DNA of 38,180 bases, from the UHGV virus genome UHGV-0182431; one strand, 5' to 3'. This DNA comes from a virus. Below the pieces are notes generated by a model. The model was not told the DNA's origin, searched no databases, and saw only the letters and a program-made list of their open reading frames with translations. The first letter of the stretch is position 1. Each line of letters begins with the position of its first letter. A program made the position numbers and the translations under genes. Below, piece by piece: positions 36,807 to 38,180 of this stretch.

Positions 36807-37692
36807 AATAACAGTTAAGGAAAATCGACAGATGATATGTTCCAAATATATCATCGGAACAATCGGAGAAAACAATGTGACTACTTTGTCATTTAGCTTT
36901 CCAGAGGAAATCAGAGATTGGCAGCATTATTTTGTCGCAGAAGTAAAAGGGGAAAGTTATGTTTTGCCAATTGAAAACGGAACATTACTTTTACCCTCGG
37001 TTATTTTGACGGCAAATTGTTTTAAAGCGCAAGTTTTAGCAACCAACGACAACGGCGAAAAATGGAGATCAAGCCCATGCCGCTTTATGCTTTTTCCGAG
37101 AATCAACGATTCGGGCAAAAATCCGGCAGAAGAATGCCGATTAAAACTTGCAGCGGCGATGTCAAAATCTCTCGGCGGAGATTTCTCGAAAGCAACGTTT
37201 GACGAGATGATTGAACATCTTGGCACATCAGTTGTGCTAAATGCAGGGGAAGTCACGGTTGATGATGTGTCTTTGATTGATAGGACAATTCTGCCGCCCG
37301 AGGGTAGGAATGCAATATCAAAAGTGACTGTCAAGGCACTTAGGCCAAACACACTCAAAGTGACGTCGAGCGGTCATTATCCAAATACGATCCCGGGAGA
37401 TAATCCTGACGGAACAGCCGCTCCGCCCGAATACTGGACAGCGGTTGATGTTGATGTGCCCGAACCCGAGCATACAAGCTTTGCAGTCAAGCCGGCAAGA
37501 GAAACCAAAACATACACAGCTGCGGATACCGACAAGATATCGACCAGCGGTAGGCCTTTTAGTGGCATTGCGGCTCTTACGGTTGAAGCAGTCGATGCCA
37601 CCATTGACGAGAACATTAAACCCGAAAACATCCGCAAGGGCATTAACATTTTAGGTGTTGAGGGCAGCTACGATGCAAATAAGGAGGAATAA
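36796..37692 (+). CDS. Baseplate/tail-fibre protein (BppU-like N-terminus)
   Basis: TTG start after AGGAGG; GENNVTTLSF; C-terminal IKPENIRKGINILGVEG. Confidence 0.7.
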   Translation: MKIKITVKENRQMICSKYIIGTIGENNVTTLSFSFPEEIRDWQHYFVAEVKGESYVLPIENGTLLLPSVILTANCFKAQVLATNDNGEKWRSSPCRFMLFPRINDSGKNPAEECRLKLAAAMSKSLGGDFSKATFDEMIEHLGTSVVLNAGEVTVDDVSLIDRTILPPEGRNAISKVTVKALRPNTLKVTSSGHYPNTIPGDNPDGTAAPPEYWTAVDVDVPEPEHTSFAVKPARETKTYTAADTDKISTSGRPFSGIAALTVEAVDATIDENIKPENIRKGINILGVEGSYDANKEE

Positions 37693-37694
37693 TC

Positions 37695-37820
37695 ATGTTA
37701 CAGCCAACAGGAAACAGACTTATAGACACAATTATCTACGTCGGTGCATCGGCAATCGCATTTAATGTGATTCTGCCGATTTTTGCACTGATAATCGAGT
37801 TTTTAAATGCTTTGATGTGA
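37695..37820 (+). CDS. 41-aa single-pass membrane peptide
   Basis: MLQPTGNRLIDTIIYVGASAIAFNVILPIFALIIEFLNALM; strong RBS AAGGAGG; below the ORF-track cutoff. Confidence 0.65.
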   Translation: MLQPTGNRLIDTIIYVGASAIAFNVILPIFALIIEFLNALM

Positions 37821-37829
37821 GGTGAGAGT

Positions 37830-38174
37830 ATGAGCGAAAACATATCGACAGAGGAGCGAATTGCAAAGCTCGAAAGCGAGAACGTGACATTGTTTCACTA
37901 TATCAAAGAAATAAAGGACGAACAAAAAGAGTTCCGGAAACTTGTAACTGCGGTTGAAAAGATAGCCAATCAGACGGCGGACAACAGAGAAATGCTTGAG
38001 CAGAACAATAACAAGCTTGACGACATTTCGGCACGTTTGACGGACGTTGAACATCAGCCGGCAGAATCAGCCAAGAAAAGAGCCGACAAAATATCGGACA
38101 CGGTTATCGCGGTCGTTGTGACCGGAATTGTGAACGCTATAATTACGGCTTTAATTACATTCTTAACCAAATAA
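37830..38174 (+). CDS. Coiled-coil protein with C-terminal TM (XhlA-like lysis accessory)
   Basis: Heptad pattern and hydrophobic C-terminus; precedes the holin on the circle. Confidence 0.7.
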   Translation: MSENISTEERIAKLESENVTLFHYIKEIKDEQKEFRKLVTAVEKIANQTADNREMLEQNNNKLDDISARLTDVEHQPAESAKKRADKISDTVIAVVVTGIVNAIITALITFLTK

Positions 38175-38180
38175 GGAGGA

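Noticed and set aside
20007..37692. Diversity-generating retroelement
   Set aside because: No reverse transcriptase ORF, and I saw no TR/VR pair with adenine-specific mismatches (checked by eye only).

Overview
The window looks like the complete, circularly permuted 38.2-kb genome of a temperate HK97-type siphovirus, probably of a Clostridia host (inferred from SD/promoter style and protein families). The last bases (TAAGGAGGA) supply the RBS for the holin ATG at position 7, and attP is intact. Gene order: lysis (holin, amidase); a reverse-strand two-gene accessory operon; attP (tRNA 3'-end core with arm repeats, interrupted by a 199-bp structured insert); hicBA; tyrosine integrase; TM2/HIRAN protein; lipoprotein; ImmA; cI/cro switch; xis; PcfK/PcfJ/DUF3102; helicase-methyltransferase fusion; HUH rolling-circle Rep; VRR-NUC; late activator; HNH/cos; an SGNH-esterase tail-fibre-like gene ahead of terS; head genes; tail genes. 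The strongest novel signal is a predicted ~110-nt sRNA (about 4548-4658) with its own promoter and terminator. It is cis-antisense to the integrase leader and also complementary in trans to the xis mRNA (37 of 40 pairs) and to the RBS of the next early lytic gene, which suggests an RNA layer of lysis/lysogeny control. All calls come from reading motifs by eye; no database searches were run.
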